Positions 38,268-48,876 are shown, counted from the stretch's first letter. The stretch is DNA of 64,000 nt from Deltaproteobacteria bacterium (GCA_015233135.1 JADFYH010000002.1:43102-107101), one strand, 5' to 3'. Notes: generated by a model not told the origin, from the letters alone. Translations and numbers: made by a program.

Positions 38268-38550
38268 TAATAATATATCAAGTAAATCACTTATTAACTT
38301 AACAACCCTGTGCTCATTTATTGATATTTGACTAAGAAATCAAATTCAGCATATTCAAGAACTGAATCACGATCAGAGGCTACCCTCAGGGTTCCGTCCC
38401 TTTGGCGATGCCTCTTTTTTTATTTCCCGGTCACCCAAAAAAAATGCAGTTATTCTTAAAAAAAATTCTTTTTGAAGAAACTTTAGGCTAAACTGATACC
38501 GATAAGCTAATTGGTATTGATTATTTTTCGATAGAAAGAAGGAGATTTTT

Positions 38551-38964
38551 ATGGCTATTAGTGCAGGTGTTCTTGCTGCGATTGCTCTTGGCGCTAGTGC
38601 TATTGTCGGTGCAGGAGTTGCAACGGGCATGTATTTCTCTGGAAGTGCAGCAGCTGAGGCAACCAAACAAGCCTCGGAAAATGCGATGAAAGGGACTATT
38701 GAATCCTCTCGACTTCAAGCCGATGCGCAAATCCACATTTCGGATAACGAAAGACACAACGCCGATGCCGATCGTGCCATTCGTGAAAAAGAAAACGCAC
38801 ACGACGCTCAAATGACTGATAGATGGTTTTCCTATCTCGACAACATGCGCGGAGATGATAACAGCATTGATCAAGCCACGCTTGTGACCCGTCAGGATGG
38901 GGTACAGCAATCTCGTCGCATCGATTTAAGTGAACGTCAGGTCCCCACAGGGTATTCCATTTAA
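38551..38964 (+). CDS. Hypothetical protein with an N-terminal TM helix.
   Basis: Strong SD gaaagaaggagatttttATG. 137 aa. Confidence 0.5.
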   Translation: MAISAGVLAAIALGASAIVGAGVATGMYFSGSAAAEATKQASENAMKGTIESSRLQADAQIHISDNERHNADADRAIREKENAHDAQMTDRWFSYLDNMRGDDNSIDQATLVTRQDGVQQSRRIDLSERQVPTGYSI

Positions 38965-38978
38965 AAAAAGCGAGCCAA

Positions 38979-39473
38979 ATGACCTCAGCCTCAACTCCCA
39001 TTGAAGTGCGCTTTGCTCGGGCAGGAGATCGACAAGTGTTGATTGAGCTTTGCTTGAAATTGTTGCAGCATCTTGACCAATTTGAGCATGACATATTGCC
39101 CAGCCTTGAAAATGCCGAATGGATGGTAGACGTTCTTTTTTTACCCGCTGCCACTCGAGAAGAAGGCATTCTGATTGCTTGGGATAAAGACAAAGCCGTG
39201 GGTGCCATCTTTTGGGCCATACAAAATCTCCCTTATCAAATGCGCTTTAAAACCGCCTATGGCTATGGCACCTATGTAGATCCAAATTATCAGAACCAAA
39301 AAGTAGGGACCTTACTGCGACAAAAAGCCATTCAAGCCCTAAAAAAACTAGGCGTACAAAAGCTTTTGGGAATGGTGCATTTTGCCAATGAGATTTCTGT
39401 AAAAGCAAGCGACAGGCTGGGCTTTAAACCTCATGCGCGCCTGGATCTGCTGGATCTTGAACAATTTTTATGA
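38979..39473 (+). CDS. GNAT-family N-acetyltransferase.
   Basis: Acetyl-CoA binding core ...YVDPNYQNQKVGTLLRQKAIQALKKLGV... Confidence 0.7.
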   Translation: MTSASTPIEVRFARAGDRQVLIELCLKLLQHLDQFEHDILPSLENAEWMVDVLFLPAATREEGILIAWDKDKAVGAIFWAIQNLPYQMRFKTAYGYGTYVDPNYQNQKVGTLLRQKAIQALKKLGVQKLLGMVHFANEISVKASDRLGFKPHARLDLLDLEQFL

Positions 39474-40375
39474 ATCAAATTTCTACTGACCTATTTTGGA
39501 TATTGCTCACTTACAGCGCCAACCCTTTTTCAACGGCGCAGAGCCTCCCACATCCCAATTTTAAGCTTATCCCTTCCGAACTCGGAATTGATCACTTTGA
39601 TGAAATTTGGAAACAAACAAGGGCCTACAGTCTACTTGATATTCATCGCACTCATCAAATATGGAAATTAATGCATGAAGTGGAAACACAGCCAGGCGAT
39701 ATTATAGAATGCGGCTCACACAGGGGAGGATTGTCTTTTTTCATTGCACTTTATATTCAAGAAAAAAAAATCAATAAGAAGGTTTTTTTGTGTGATAGTT
39801 TTCAGGGTCTACCGAAGCCCTCGGATAAAGATAGCTTTTTTACAGAAGGCATGTTCAATGCCAACCTCGAACAATGCAAACAATTAAGAACTCATTTTAA
39901 TCTTGATTCAATTATTGAAATTGTCCCCGGCTGGTTTGAAGAAACGCTTCCAAAATTAACAAAAAACAAAAACCAAAAATTTTGTTTGGTTCATCTGGAT
40001 GCAGACCTCTACGAAAGCACTGAAACAATTTTAGAATATATTTACCCAAAGGCAATAAACAATACCCCCTTCATTGTTGATGATTATCTCATCCCGTCAT
40101 CTGGTGTGCGTCTCGCCTGTTGGAAACAGCTAGATCAAACAAAGGAAACCCTCGAGCAAGGCCCTTGCAGCCAGGCCTATTTTAGAAAAGGGAAAACTTA
40201 TGATACGCCTTTTACACACAAAGATCCTGAGGGAAATTTACTTTCATTTAAGGATCTGCGCATGAATTCATTTTATCAGAAACACCTCAAGAGAGTGCTG
40301 AGTGATATAGAAAATCACAGGCAAACCCTGATATCTTTTTACAAGGCAATTAATGATCTGCCCCTTGAGAATTAG
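39470..40375 (+). CDS. TylF/MycF-family class I SAM-dependent O-methyltransferase.
   Basis: GDIIECGSHRGG, FLCDSFQGLP, HLDADLYEST and FIVDDY are characteristic of macrocin-O-methyltransferase-like enzymes. Confidence 0.65.
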   Translation: MNQISTDLFWILLTYSANPFSTAQSLPHPNFKLIPSELGIDHFDEIWKQTRAYSLLDIHRTHQIWKLMHEVETQPGDIIECGSHRGGLSFFIALYIQEKKINKKVFLCDSFQGLPKPSDKDSFFTEGMFNANLEQCKQLRTHFNLDSIIEIVPGWFEETLPKLTKNKNQKFCLVHLDADLYESTETILEYIYPKAINNTPFIVDDYLIPSSGVRLACWKQLDQTKETLEQGPCSQAYFRKGKTYDTPFTHKDPEGNLLSFKDLRMNSFYQKHLKRVLSDIENHRQTLISFYKAINDLPLEN

Positions 40376-40415
40376 AAATAGATTTCTGCCTTTAATTTTT
40401 ATACAATGGAAGCTT

Positions 40416-41177
40416 ATGACCTCAGAAAAATATCCTAACCAAAAAGAGATGGAACTCATTTGGGCTCAAATCCCCAAAGAGACCCAATTGCCTCCCGGAC
40501 TGGAAGGCGAATACATTCGCTACCTTTCCACCGACCCGCGCTACCTCTACAACACGGGATTTGTCGACAATGTGCTGCATAAACTGGAAGATTGGGAAGC
40601 GGCTTTCCTTCCCTTCAAACAGCCGGATGCAAGCTTTTTACTTTCTAAAGATAATTTCTTAAGCCTTGGAAAATTTCGATATACAGGTTTTATCCGAAGA
40701 CCTGTCGATGTAATGAAAATACGAGATGGATGGTATGACCTGAAAATTTGGAGGGAATTTCTCGTTCGAGATATCATTCCCTCTACTACAAAACTTAGTG
40801 AAGAGGATTTGGATAAAGGGACTCAAGAATCGTTAAAACAAGGCCGAATTAAAGAGGATCGAATATTAGTGGATGAAAGCACTCGCAGAAATCTTAAATT
40901 GTTAATGGATCAATTTCCTTCCCCCACTCGAATGAGGGAAATGGCCCTGGAGAAGGCCTACCAAGAAATTATTAATAAAGCACAAACCACTCAAAATAAA
41001 GCTAAGGTAAGCACCACCTATGACCGAGGGCCTAAAGTGGGAGATGTGCAAAAGAAAGATCTCAAAGAAATACTGGTAAAAAGTTCTAAAATCGCCAGCA
41101 GCGCTGAGCAGAAGCCTACAGTTTCACTCAAGGATTTACAAAAACAAAGCCGGGGCAGTGGAAAAATGAATGGCTAG
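40416..41177 (+). CDS. Hypothetical protein (start uncertain).
   Basis: ORF only. K/E-rich C-terminus. Confidence 0.4.
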   Translation: MTSEKYPNQKEMELIWAQIPKETQLPPGLEGEYIRYLSTDPRYLYNTGFVDNVLHKLEDWEAAFLPFKQPDASFLLSKDNFLSLGKFRYTGFIRRPVDVMKIRDGWYDLKIWREFLVRDIIPSTTKLSEEDLDKGTQESLKQGRIKEDRILVDESTRRNLKLLMDQFPSPTRMREMALEKAYQEIINKAQTTQNKAKVSTTYDRGPKVGDVQKKDLKEILVKSSKIASSAEQKPTVSLKDLQKQSRGSGKMNG

Positions 41178-41266
41178 AAGCAACTCTAGTGAGACTGAAC
41201 TCGATAATAAGTTAAGGGAGCCAGTGGAAATTGAATAACATCAGTTATTAAAATAAGGAGGTTTTT

Positions 41267-41572
41267 ATGTCAGTAGGTGGTGTAGATATGAGTCAGAGAG
41301 TCTTAGACCGCGCTCAACAACAAAGTGATGCAGCCGCTAAAGGCACTGAGCAAGCACTATCCGGACTAGCTCAGAGCATACCCGCATCCTTGGGTAAACT
41401 GGGCGGTGCTGGTGGAAACGAAAGGCCAGGGGCTGTAAATAATAACCACACTGACATCACTCGCAATGTCACTCAGCAAGTAACTAATGTGGGTGCTGGT
41501 GCAAGCGCGACGGTTAATGCTAGCACTGTAAGTGCGACTGGTAGCTCCCGAGTAGCTACTAGTCAATCTTAG
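41267..41572 (+). CDS. Small Gly/Ser/Thr/Asn-rich hypothetical protein.
   Basis: Strong SD aataaggaggtttttATG. 101 aa. Confidence 0.45.
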   Translation: MSVGGVDMSQRVLDRAQQQSDAAAKGTEQALSGLAQSIPASLGKLGGAGGNERPGAVNNNHTDITRNVTQQVTNVGAGASATVNASTVSATGSSRVATSQS

Positions 41573-41957
41573 CAACCTCAACATCCGAATTTGTCCCCAA
41601 ACGCCCGTAATCGGGCGTTTGATTTTTGTGCTGCATGCTCGAATATAAAGTACGCATCTCTTCGATTTCTTTTTCCAGTTCCCGAATAGTTCTGTTCTTG
41701 GCCTTAATTTCCCGCGAACGATAAAAGATACTGATGGCTCCATTAAAAGCCGCAAAAACCATCCCCAAACAAAATGAACTTAACAAAAGTAAGCCTACAG
41801 GAATTGCCGAAGATTCAAGAAAATAACGAGGAGGAATAAAAAGCCGAAATTGGATATTATACGATAAGGCCTGGGAGTTTGAGTTGTAATACAAAAAATC
41901 CCCCAGAACAAAAATGATCAAGGCTAGAAAAATAATTTTGAGAAATCGTAGCATCAC
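41559..41957 (-). CDS. lapA: LapA-family (DUF1049) inner-membrane protein.
   Basis: Two N-terminal TM helices plus a C-terminal coiled coil (RTIRELEKEIEEMR). Position after ihfB. Confidence 0.55.
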   Translation of the reverse strand: MMLRFLKIIFLALIIFVLGDFLYYNSNSQALSYNIQFRLFIPPRYFLESSAIPVGLLLLSSFCLGMVFAAFNGAISIFYRSREIKAKNRTIRELEKEIEEMRTLYSSMQHKNQTPDYGRLGTNSDVEVAKID

Positions 41958-41991
41958 CCTCTCCCTAACCCTCTCCCCTCAAGGGAGAGGG
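41954..41991. repeat. REP-like palindrome (caccctctccctaaccctctcccctcaagggagagggg).
   Basis: Same family. Lies between the ihfB stop and the lapA start. Confidence 0.6.
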
Positions 41992-42011
41992 GATTTCAGA
42001 GGATTTCAAGA

Positions 42012-42296
42012 TTATTTACTCTGGTTAATTCTTTCCCTTAATTCCTTTCCTACCTTAAAAAAAGGAACCCGGCGAGTGGTCACAAATACCGACTGCCCTG
42101 TTTTAGGATTTCTTCCCTGGCGAGAATGGCGAGTGCGCACTTCAAAGGTACCAAAGCCGCGAATCTCAATTCGGTTTCCAGTACTCAGATGTTCGGTCAT
42201 TTTATTAAAAATAGTATCTACGATTAAATCGATTTCTTTCTGAGAAAGATGCTTGATTTTTTCAACCAATGAATTGACCAGATCACTTTTTGTCAT
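42012..42296 (-). CDS. ihfB: Integration host factor subunit beta (HU/IHF family).
   Basis: MTKSDLVNSLVEKIKHLSQKEIDLIVD...RGFGTFEVRTRHSRQGRNPKTGQSV. Confidence 0.85.
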   Translation of the reverse strand: MTKSDLVNSLVEKIKHLSQKEIDLIVDTIFNKMTEHLSTGNRIEIRGFGTFEVRTRHSRQGRNPKTGQSVFVTTRRVPFFKVGKELRERINQSK

Positions 42297-42297
42297 A

Positions 42298-43200
42298 TCA
42301 ATTCCCCCAAAAATAAAGTGCACGATAAGTTTTTATAGAAGCCATCCATTGCAACAATTTGGTTTCAGAATCTTCTTCTCCAAACAAGGCTTTTAAGAGT
42401 GGGCTCCCTTTGTCTGGACGTATCACTTTTGCCTCACCTGGAATTTTGGCTAGAACTCTCGCCACTTCGATGGCATCTTCCAAGCCCCCTAGTTGATCCA
42501 CCAACTTCAATTGTAAGGCCTGCTCGCCGGTATAAACCCGTCCATCAGCCAATTTATTCACGGTTTCAATGTCTAAATGCCTGCCTTCTGCCACTGCCTT
42601 TTTAAACTGTGCATGCATATTAGACAGTAAATCTTGCAGATAGGCGCGTTCCTCCGGCTTCATCGTTCTGAGGGCAGATCCCGCATCTTTCATCTCACCC
42701 GCTTTTAATATTTCAGCCGAGACTTTCGCCCATTTGAGCAGATCATTCACTTCGACATGCTCCATCAATACACCAATGCTGCCGGTGATGGTTCCTGGAT
42801 TTGCCAAAATTTTATGTGCCGGAGCGGCAGCATAGTAGCCGCCCGAAGCTGCTACAGAGCCCATCGAAACGACAATCGTCTTTTTTTGAGCAACTCGTTT
42901 TACCTCGTTGTATATCTCTTGAGAAGGCCCCACCGCCCCACCCGGAGAATCAATGCGAAGCACAATGGCCTTCACCTGCTCAGATTTCAAATATTTTTCA
43001 AGTTTCTCATTCACCTTTTCCGATTCAAAAATAGCCCCCTTAAGCTCTACCACCGCAATATTTCCCCACGAATCTTTCCAATTTGAAGAAGGAGAAAACA
43101 GCAAGGCAAATCCAAAAAACAGAGCACCCCCCATGCAACTAAAAAGCAACACGATCACCAGGACTATCCACCAAATTTTTCGACTGGGTTTATTTTCCAT
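42298..43200 (-). CDS. sppA: Signal peptide peptidase SppA (36K type).
   Basis: N-terminal TM helix. S49 peptidase core (IVVSMGSVAASGGYY). Confidence 0.85.
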   Translation of the reverse strand: MENKPSRKIWWIVLVIVLLFSCMGGALFFGFALLFSPSSNWKDSWGNIAVVELKGAIFESEKVNEKLEKYLKSEQVKAIVLRIDSPGGAVGPSQEIYNEVKRVAQKKTIVVSMGSVAASGGYYAAAPAHKILANPGTITGSIGVLMEHVEVNDLLKWAKVSAEILKAGEMKDAGSALRTMKPEERAYLQDLLSNMHAQFKKAVAEGRHLDIETVNKLADGRVYTGEQALQLKLVDQLGGLEDAIEVARVLAKIPGEAKVIRPDKGSPLLKALFGEEDSETKLLQWMASIKTYRALYFWGN

Positions 43201-43279
43201 CGTTCCCGATAAGGGGTGTAGAAAGGTTCAGAAAAAAAAATCCCCCCGTGTCTCATCGAGGGGATTATCCACTATTCTT

Positions 43280-44926
43280 TTATTCCTTTTTCATCATGTC
43301 CGCCAAAGTCACACGAGACTCTCCCTGCTTGGCCTTGAAATCTGCAAAATCTCTCTTTTGAGAATTTTTCAGGTATTGCTTATAAGAAAGCAGAATGCGT
43401 CTTTCTTTTTCGTCATGACCCGAAACTTCAGCCTCAAATTTATCCCCCACCTTCACGCCTTCTGCCACAGCATCCTTCAACATCACCGAGGCTTCCACGT
43501 CAGATCCCAAATCTAAAATGAGTAAGTTCCCTTCAATTTGTTTTATGGTTCCAGAAGTAACAGTCCCCACCGAATATTGATTACAAGCCTTGGCAAAAGG
43601 ATCTTCTTCCAGTTGTTTTATCCCCAGAGAAATTCTCTCGTTGCCCTTGTCAATATTTAAAACCACCGCCTCAACCATATCCCCTTTTTTGTACAAATCA
43701 GAAGGATGCTTGACCTTGGTGGTCCAGGAAATATCAGAGATATGCACCAGGCCATCGATGCTGTCATCGATTCCCACAAAAATACCAAAGTCGGTAATAT
43801 TCTTAATTTCACCTTTAATTTTAGTCCCCGCGGTATACTTTCCTTCCAGCTCTTCCCAAGGATTAGGTTCAATCTGCTTCATCCCCAAAGAGATTCTTCG
43901 GCTGGGAGCATCCACATCCAGCACTACAGAATCAATCACATCCCCCAGGTTAACAATTTTGGAAGGATGCTTCACTTTTTTAGTCCAGCTCATTTCGGAA
44001 ATGTGAACCAAACCCTCTACGCCACTTTCCAACTCAATAAACGCGCCATAATCAGTAATGTTGACTACCTTACCTTTTACGCGGGTGCCGGGAACATAGG
44101 TATCTTTCACTGCTTCCCAAGGATCTGAAACAAGTTGTTTATAACCCAGAGAAATTTTCTGGGAGGCCGCATCATAACGTAATATAAGAACGTTAATTTT
44201 TTGACCTACCTGGAACATTTCGGAGGGATGACCAATGCGTCCCCAACTCATATCAGTAATATGAATGAGTCCGTCTACGCCACCCAAGTCGACAAAGGCA
44301 CCATAATCGGTAATGTTTTTTACAACTCCTTCTACAACCTGTCCTTCTTGCAAATGGGCAAGCAGTTCATGTTTCGCGGATTCACGTTCTTGTTCAAGCA
44401 CCGAGCGACGAGAAACAACCACATTTCCTTTGGCACGATTGAGTTTTAAAATTCTAAAACGATATTTCTTACCCACGAGCTTATCGAGACTTTTGACGGG
44501 CTTTAAATCGATTTGAGATCCGGGAAGAAAGGCCTTTACCCCGCCAACATTCACGACCATTCCACCTTTAATCTTGTTCACTACCAAACCTTCGATGGGG
44601 GTACCATCTTGCTCGGCTTGAGAAAGCTTATCCCAGGCAGCCAGTGCATCTGCTTTTTCTTTGGAAATAACAACAAGACCGTTATCGTCCTCTACGCTTT
44701 CAAAAATAACATCCACTTCATCTTCGGCCTTCACGGTAATATCGCCATCCAGATTGCGAAATTCCTCTATAGGAATCTGCCCTTCGGACTTGAAGCCAAT
44801 GTCCAAGAGAACATAGTCTCTTAAAACCTTGACGACGCGACCTTTTACCAATTGGCCTGGATTGAGTGCTTTTTGTTTTACGCTTTCTTCGAAAAGTTTT
44901 TCGAAATCTTGGGTTGTAACATTCAT
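43280..44926 (-). CDS. rpsA: 30S ribosomal protein S1.
   Basis: Six S1 repeats. 548 aa. Confidence 0.95.
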   Translation of the reverse strand: MNVTTQDFEKLFEESVKQKALNPGQLVKGRVVKVLRDYVLLDIGFKSEGQIPIEEFRNLDGDITVKAEDEVDVIFESVEDDNGLVVISKEKADALAAWDKLSQAEQDGTPIEGLVVNKIKGGMVVNVGGVKAFLPGSQIDLKPVKSLDKLVGKKYRFRILKLNRAKGNVVVSRRSVLEQERESAKHELLAHLQEGQVVEGVVKNITDYGAFVDLGGVDGLIHITDMSWGRIGHPSEMFQVGQKINVLILRYDAASQKISLGYKQLVSDPWEAVKDTYVPGTRVKGKVVNITDYGAFIELESGVEGLVHISEMSWTKKVKHPSKIVNLGDVIDSVVLDVDAPSRRISLGMKQIEPNPWEELEGKYTAGTKIKGEIKNITDFGIFVGIDDSIDGLVHISDISWTTKVKHPSDLYKKGDMVEAVVLNIDKGNERISLGIKQLEEDPFAKACNQYSVGTVTSGTIKQIEGNLLILDLGSDVEASVMLKDAVAEGVKVGDKFEAEVSGHDEKERRILLSYKQYLKNSQKRDFADFKAKQGESRVTLADMMKKE

Positions 44927-45045
44927 GCGAACGACGAAGCCTCCTTAATATGTTTATTTTTCCCGTGCTTAGGGAGGGTGGCTTATGACCTAATCTGTTT
45001 AGATTGTCAAAATGTTTTTCTTTCGCCTCTTTATTTTTAAAGCCC

Positions 45046-45498
45046 TTATTTTTTGCGGATATAAATCGTTTTAGTCACCCGAGCACAAAGCCGCCCTTCT
45101 TTATCTATAAGATCGATGGGATAGTTTCTATCAATAGAACGCTCGGTTTTGAGCAGCCTTTTAATGGTTTGGATTTCTTCTTCGCTAATCAGCAGACATG
45201 CTTCCAGAAAGTTTTTCCCAGGCTTCAAAAATTCCACCTGAGCACTTTTATCCCAAATAATATATTCAGGTCCCAAAATTTGAATCAACATCAACATATA
45301 CTGAGGATCCACCGAGGCGTAGATACTGCCGCCATAGAGAGTTCCTACATAATTTTTGGTTCTCCAGGTCAAAGGCAAGCGTACTCGCATTTCTCGAAAA
45401 TCAGAAGCAATGTAAGTAATTTTGGCCCCTGTGCCCCAATAGCAGGGCCAGAAGTTAAAGCGATAACGGAATAATTTTGATTTTAGGGATTCAGGCAT
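45046..45498 (-). CDS. DUF4442 / hotdog-fold thioesterase-like protein.
   Basis: 150 aa. YGGSIYASVDP motif. Confidence 0.5.
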   Translation of the reverse strand: MPESLKSKLFRYRFNFWPCYWGTGAKITYIASDFREMRVRLPLTWRTKNYVGTLYGGSIYASVDPQYMLMLIQILGPEYIIWDKSAQVEFLKPGKNFLEACLLISEEEIQTIKRLLKTERSIDRNYPIDLIDKEGRLCARVTKTIYIRKK

Positions 45499-45508
45499 TT
45501 TCTACTTT

Positions 45509-46639
45509 CTAAAACATGTAACGTCCCATCCGAATATTCATCAACAAACCCACCGCCATCATCATGGTGAGTACCGAGGATCCTCCATAAGAAAAAAAAG
45601 GAAGAGGAACTCCAGTAAGAGGAAGCAAACCCAGTACCCCTCCCAAGTTAATCACCAGATGCCAAAAAAATAATCCTACAATCCCCAGGCTCACCAGAGA
45701 ACCAAAGGCATCTTTCGTTTGATAGGCGGCCTCGATGCCTAAAAGCAAAAAAATAAGCATCACGGCCAAGCTCAAGGCAGCCCCCGCAAACCCCCATTCT
45801 TCGGCCAAGACAGGAAAAATAAAATCGGTATGTCTTTCGGGTAAAAATTTAAGTTTGTTCATGTTGCCTTTTAAATATCCCTTGCCAATCAGACCCCCGG
45901 AACCCACCGCAATCTTAGATTGCATCAAATGATAGCCACTGCCTCGTGGATCTTTTTCAGGATTCATGAAAATTTTTATTCGATCTTTCTGATAAGGCTT
46001 CAAGCCCCATTGATACAAAGCAAAACAAGCGAGGGCCCCCACGCAAAATATAAGAAGCACATAACGAATTTTGAAGGGGGTGAAAAAAGTAAGGGTAAAA
46101 AAGAGAAGAATGAAAAACAAGGAACCTCCCAAATCTTTCTGCAAAAGAATCAAACTGGTCGGCAAGATCAAAAGCAACAGCGCCAGCAGCAGCACTTTAA
46201 AAGAAAGCCCTTCGCGAGGAATCTTTTCGGAATAAAAACGCGACAAGGCCAAAATAAAAGCAAGCTTGGCCAATTCGGAGGGTTGAAAGGAAAATTTACC
46301 AATCACAATCCAGTTTTGCTGACCCGCAACGCTGCGTCCAAAGAAAAACACAAGCAACAATAAAAGTATGGAAAATCCATATAAAAGATAAGAGTATTCA
46401 AAGAAAAAATGGGTATCCATCCACAATAAAAAAAAGAGCAATCCCAGCCCGATACAAATCCAAAGGAGTTGGGAACGAAACAAAAGTGAAGCCCCAGGCT
46501 GATCAAAACGATAGGTGGCACTATATAAGTTGATCAGCCCCAAAGACACCCAGAGAAGAATGATAAAAAACACTCCCCAGGGAAAACGAAAAAAGAGTTT
46601 TTTTCGGGAAGAAGATGAAAATAAGGGGAGTTGTTGCAT
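45509..46639 (-). CDS. rodA: SEDS-family peptidoglycan glycosyltransferase (RodA/FtsW).
   Basis: 10 TM helices. Conserved C-terminus GGSSVLTMMMAVGLLMNI. Confidence 0.85.
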   Translation of the reverse strand: MQQLPLFSSSSRKKLFFRFPWGVFFIILLWVSLGLINLYSATYRFDQPGASLLFRSQLLWICIGLGLLFFLLWMDTHFFFEYSYLLYGFSILLLLLVFFFGRSVAGQQNWIVIGKFSFQPSELAKLAFILALSRFYSEKIPREGLSFKVLLLALLLLILPTSLILLQKDLGGSLFFILLFFTLTFFTPFKIRYVLLIFCVGALACFALYQWGLKPYQKDRIKIFMNPEKDPRGSGYHLMQSKIAVGSGGLIGKGYLKGNMNKLKFLPERHTDFIFPVLAEEWGFAGAALSLAVMLIFLLLGIEAAYQTKDAFGSLVSLGIVGLFFWHLVINLGGVLGLLPLTGVPLPFFSYGGSSVLTMMMAVGLLMNIRMGRYMF

Positions 46640-46648
46640 AATACTGGT

Positions 46649-46927
46649 CTAATTCACCATTCCTCGTGGTGCAATTTCCTCTTCGGGAATCGCTCCAAAT
46701 TTTTTTTCATAAAGCCCAATATTTTGCTGCAAGGCCTTCAAAAAACTTTTCGCATGGGCCGGCGATAAGATAATGCGCGAAGCCAATATTCCCCGGGGTT
46801 GAAAGATGCTTAAAAAATCCAGGACAAACTCGCCTTGCCCGTGTTGAATCATCACGTTGTTGGAGTAGATTCCTTTCAAATCTTCATCTTTTGCACTAAT
46901 CTGAATGGTGTTCTCTTGCTTTTCCAT
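46649..46927 (-). CDS. DUF3467-family small protein.
   Basis: IQHGQGEFVLDF motif. Confidence 0.45.
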   Translation of the reverse strand: MEKQENTIQISAKDEDLKGIYSNNVMIQHGQGEFVLDFLSIFQPRGILASRIILSPAHAKSFLKALQQNIGLYEKKFGAIPEEEIAPRGMVN

Positions 46928-47047
46928 GCTTATTTTCTCCTGATTTTTTTGTGAATAATGGGAATCGTTTCTTGCAGGAGTCACAGGGCTTCAGTCAATA
47001 TGAATTATTCACAGAGACCTCGATGCCATTGACAGCCTAGGTCCGCC

Positions 47048-47824
47048 ATGTTTGTAAAATGCATGCTAAAAATTGCCTGCGTCCCTTATCTGAATGCGAA
47101 ACCTCTCATTGCGTCTTTGGATTCCAAAGAATTTGAATTATTTTATCAGCCGCCAGCCCAGTTGGAGAAAATATTGATGCAAGAAAAAGCAGACCTGGCC
47201 CTACTCCCCATCTTGAATTATTTCGAAAATTCCCGGTTAAAATTGGTCCCGGGTCTCTGCATTGGATGTAGGGGCACCGTTGAAAGTGTAAAACTTTTTT
47301 CCAGCAAGCCCATCCAGGAAGTAAGACATATTTATTTAGATGTAGAATCCAGAACTTCACAAAATTTATTGAAAGTAATTTTGAAGGAAAAATATGGGCG
47401 GGATTTGGAGGGGATTTGTTTTTATGGAAGTTTGGAGGAGAGGGAATTAATAGAAGCCTACCTTCTCATCGGTGACAAGGCAATGATAGATCCTCCTCAA
47501 ACTTCCTATGAATACGATCTGGGAGCGGAATGGACCGAATGGCAAAAGCTTCCCTTCGTTTTCGCAGCTTGGATGAGTACTCGAAATTTGGAGACAACTA
47601 TCGCTCAAGTGCTGCAAAAAGCCTTAAATAAAAGTTTTAAATATATCGATTTACTATTGAATGATTTTGAAAATGGACTGGGAAGAGAACGCTTAAGACA
47701 TTACTTCACAAGCTCCATTCATTATATTATGGGCGAAGAAGAACTGAGAGGCATCACTCGTTTTTTTGAACTCCTAAAACCGATTCAAGGATATACCCAT
47801 GAGCTCCATTTCCGCTTTGTATAA
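47048..47824 (+). CDS. mqnA: Chorismate dehydratase MqnA-like (futalosine pathway).
   Basis: MLKIACVPYLNAKPL N-terminus is typical of MqnA/MqnD-fold proteins. Confidence 0.65.
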   Translation: MFVKCMLKIACVPYLNAKPLIASLDSKEFELFYQPPAQLEKILMQEKADLALLPILNYFENSRLKLVPGLCIGCRGTVESVKLFSSKPIQEVRHIYLDVESRTSQNLLKVILKEKYGRDLEGICFYGSLEERELIEAYLLIGDKAMIDPPQTSYEYDLGAEWTEWQKLPFVFAAWMSTRNLETTIAQVLQKALNKSFKYIDLLLNDFENGLGRERLRHYFTSSIHYIMGEEELRGITRFFELLKPIQGYTHELHFRFV

Positions 47825-48866
47825 AAAAATTGAAAGCAAGCAACGCATCAGTCCTCAAGAGGCAGTAAGGCTTTTTAAAGATGGGGATCTGCTGCAACTG
47901 GGCCGACTCGCTGACACCCTTAATAAAGAAAAAAATCAAAACGTCATTGGGTATGTGATCGACCGCAATATCAACTACAGCAATGTCTGCATGTTACGTT
48001 GTAAATTCTGCGCCTTTCGCCGTGACAAAGGCGAAGAAGGAAGCTGGGAGCATCCCCTGCATGAAATCGATGAGAAGATTGAAGATCTTTTGACTTACGG
48101 TGGCACTCAAATTCTGATGCAGGGAGGACACCATCCCCAGTGGAAAATAGAAGACTACACCCGCATGCTCAGTCACATTCGTGGCAAGTATCCACAAATT
48201 CATATTCACGCCTTTTCTCCTCCCGAAATTGATCATATCTCGCGCCTGAATAAAATTTCCTACGAAGAAACGCTGCGTCTTTTTAAGGAGGCAGGCCTGC
48301 ACTCTTTGCCCGGAGGCGGTGCAGAAATTCTGGTCGATCGAATCCGTAAAAAAATTTCTGCCGGAAAGGTAAGCTCCGAGAATTGGCTCAAAGTGGCGCA
48401 AACAGGTCATGAATTAGGAATTCGAGGTTCTGCTACCATGATGTTTGGACACGTAGAAACTGTAGAAGATCGCGTGGAACACCTCGCTAAAGTGCGCGAG
48501 TTGCAAGACAAGACCCAAGGATTTTTTGCTTTTATCCCTTGGACCTACGTACCCGGCAATTCCCCCATGGGAGGCGAACAAGTGGGTGGTCACGACTATC
48601 TCAAAACGTTGGCCATTAGCCGAATCTTTATGGATAACTTCCAAAACATCCAGATTTCCTGGCTCACCCAAGGCATCAAAATGGCTCAAATTGCCATGCA
48701 GTTCGGGGGCAATGACATGGGTTCCACCTTGTTGGAAGAAAATGTGGTGCGATCCACCGGAGTACCGAATCATACCAATGTACCGGAGATCCATCGTGTG
48801 ATTCAAGAGTGGGGCTATACTCCGCGACAAAGAGACACTTTTTATAATACCCTGCAAATGCATTGA
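47799..48866 (+). CDS. Radical-SAM enzyme of the MqnE/MqnC family (aminodeoxyfutalosine synthase or cyclic dehypoxanthine futalosine synthase).
   Basis: CMLRCKFCAF radical-SAM cluster motif. 355 aa. Adjacent to mqnA. Confidence 0.75.
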   Translation: MSSISALYKKIESKQRISPQEAVRLFKDGDLLQLGRLADTLNKEKNQNVIGYVIDRNINYSNVCMLRCKFCAFRRDKGEEGSWEHPLHEIDEKIEDLLTYGGTQILMQGGHHPQWKIEDYTRMLSHIRGKYPQIHIHAFSPPEIDHISRLNKISYEETLRLFKEAGLHSLPGGGAEILVDRIRKKISAGKVSSENWLKVAQTGHELGIRGSATMMFGHVETVEDRVEHLAKVRELQDKTQGFFAFIPWTYVPGNSPMGGEQVGGHDYLKTLAISRIFMDNFQNIQISWLTQGIKMAQIAMQFGGNDMGSTLLEENVVRSTGVPNHTNVPEIHRVIQEWGYTPRQRDTFYNTLQMH

Positions 48867-48876
48867 GGAAAACAAT

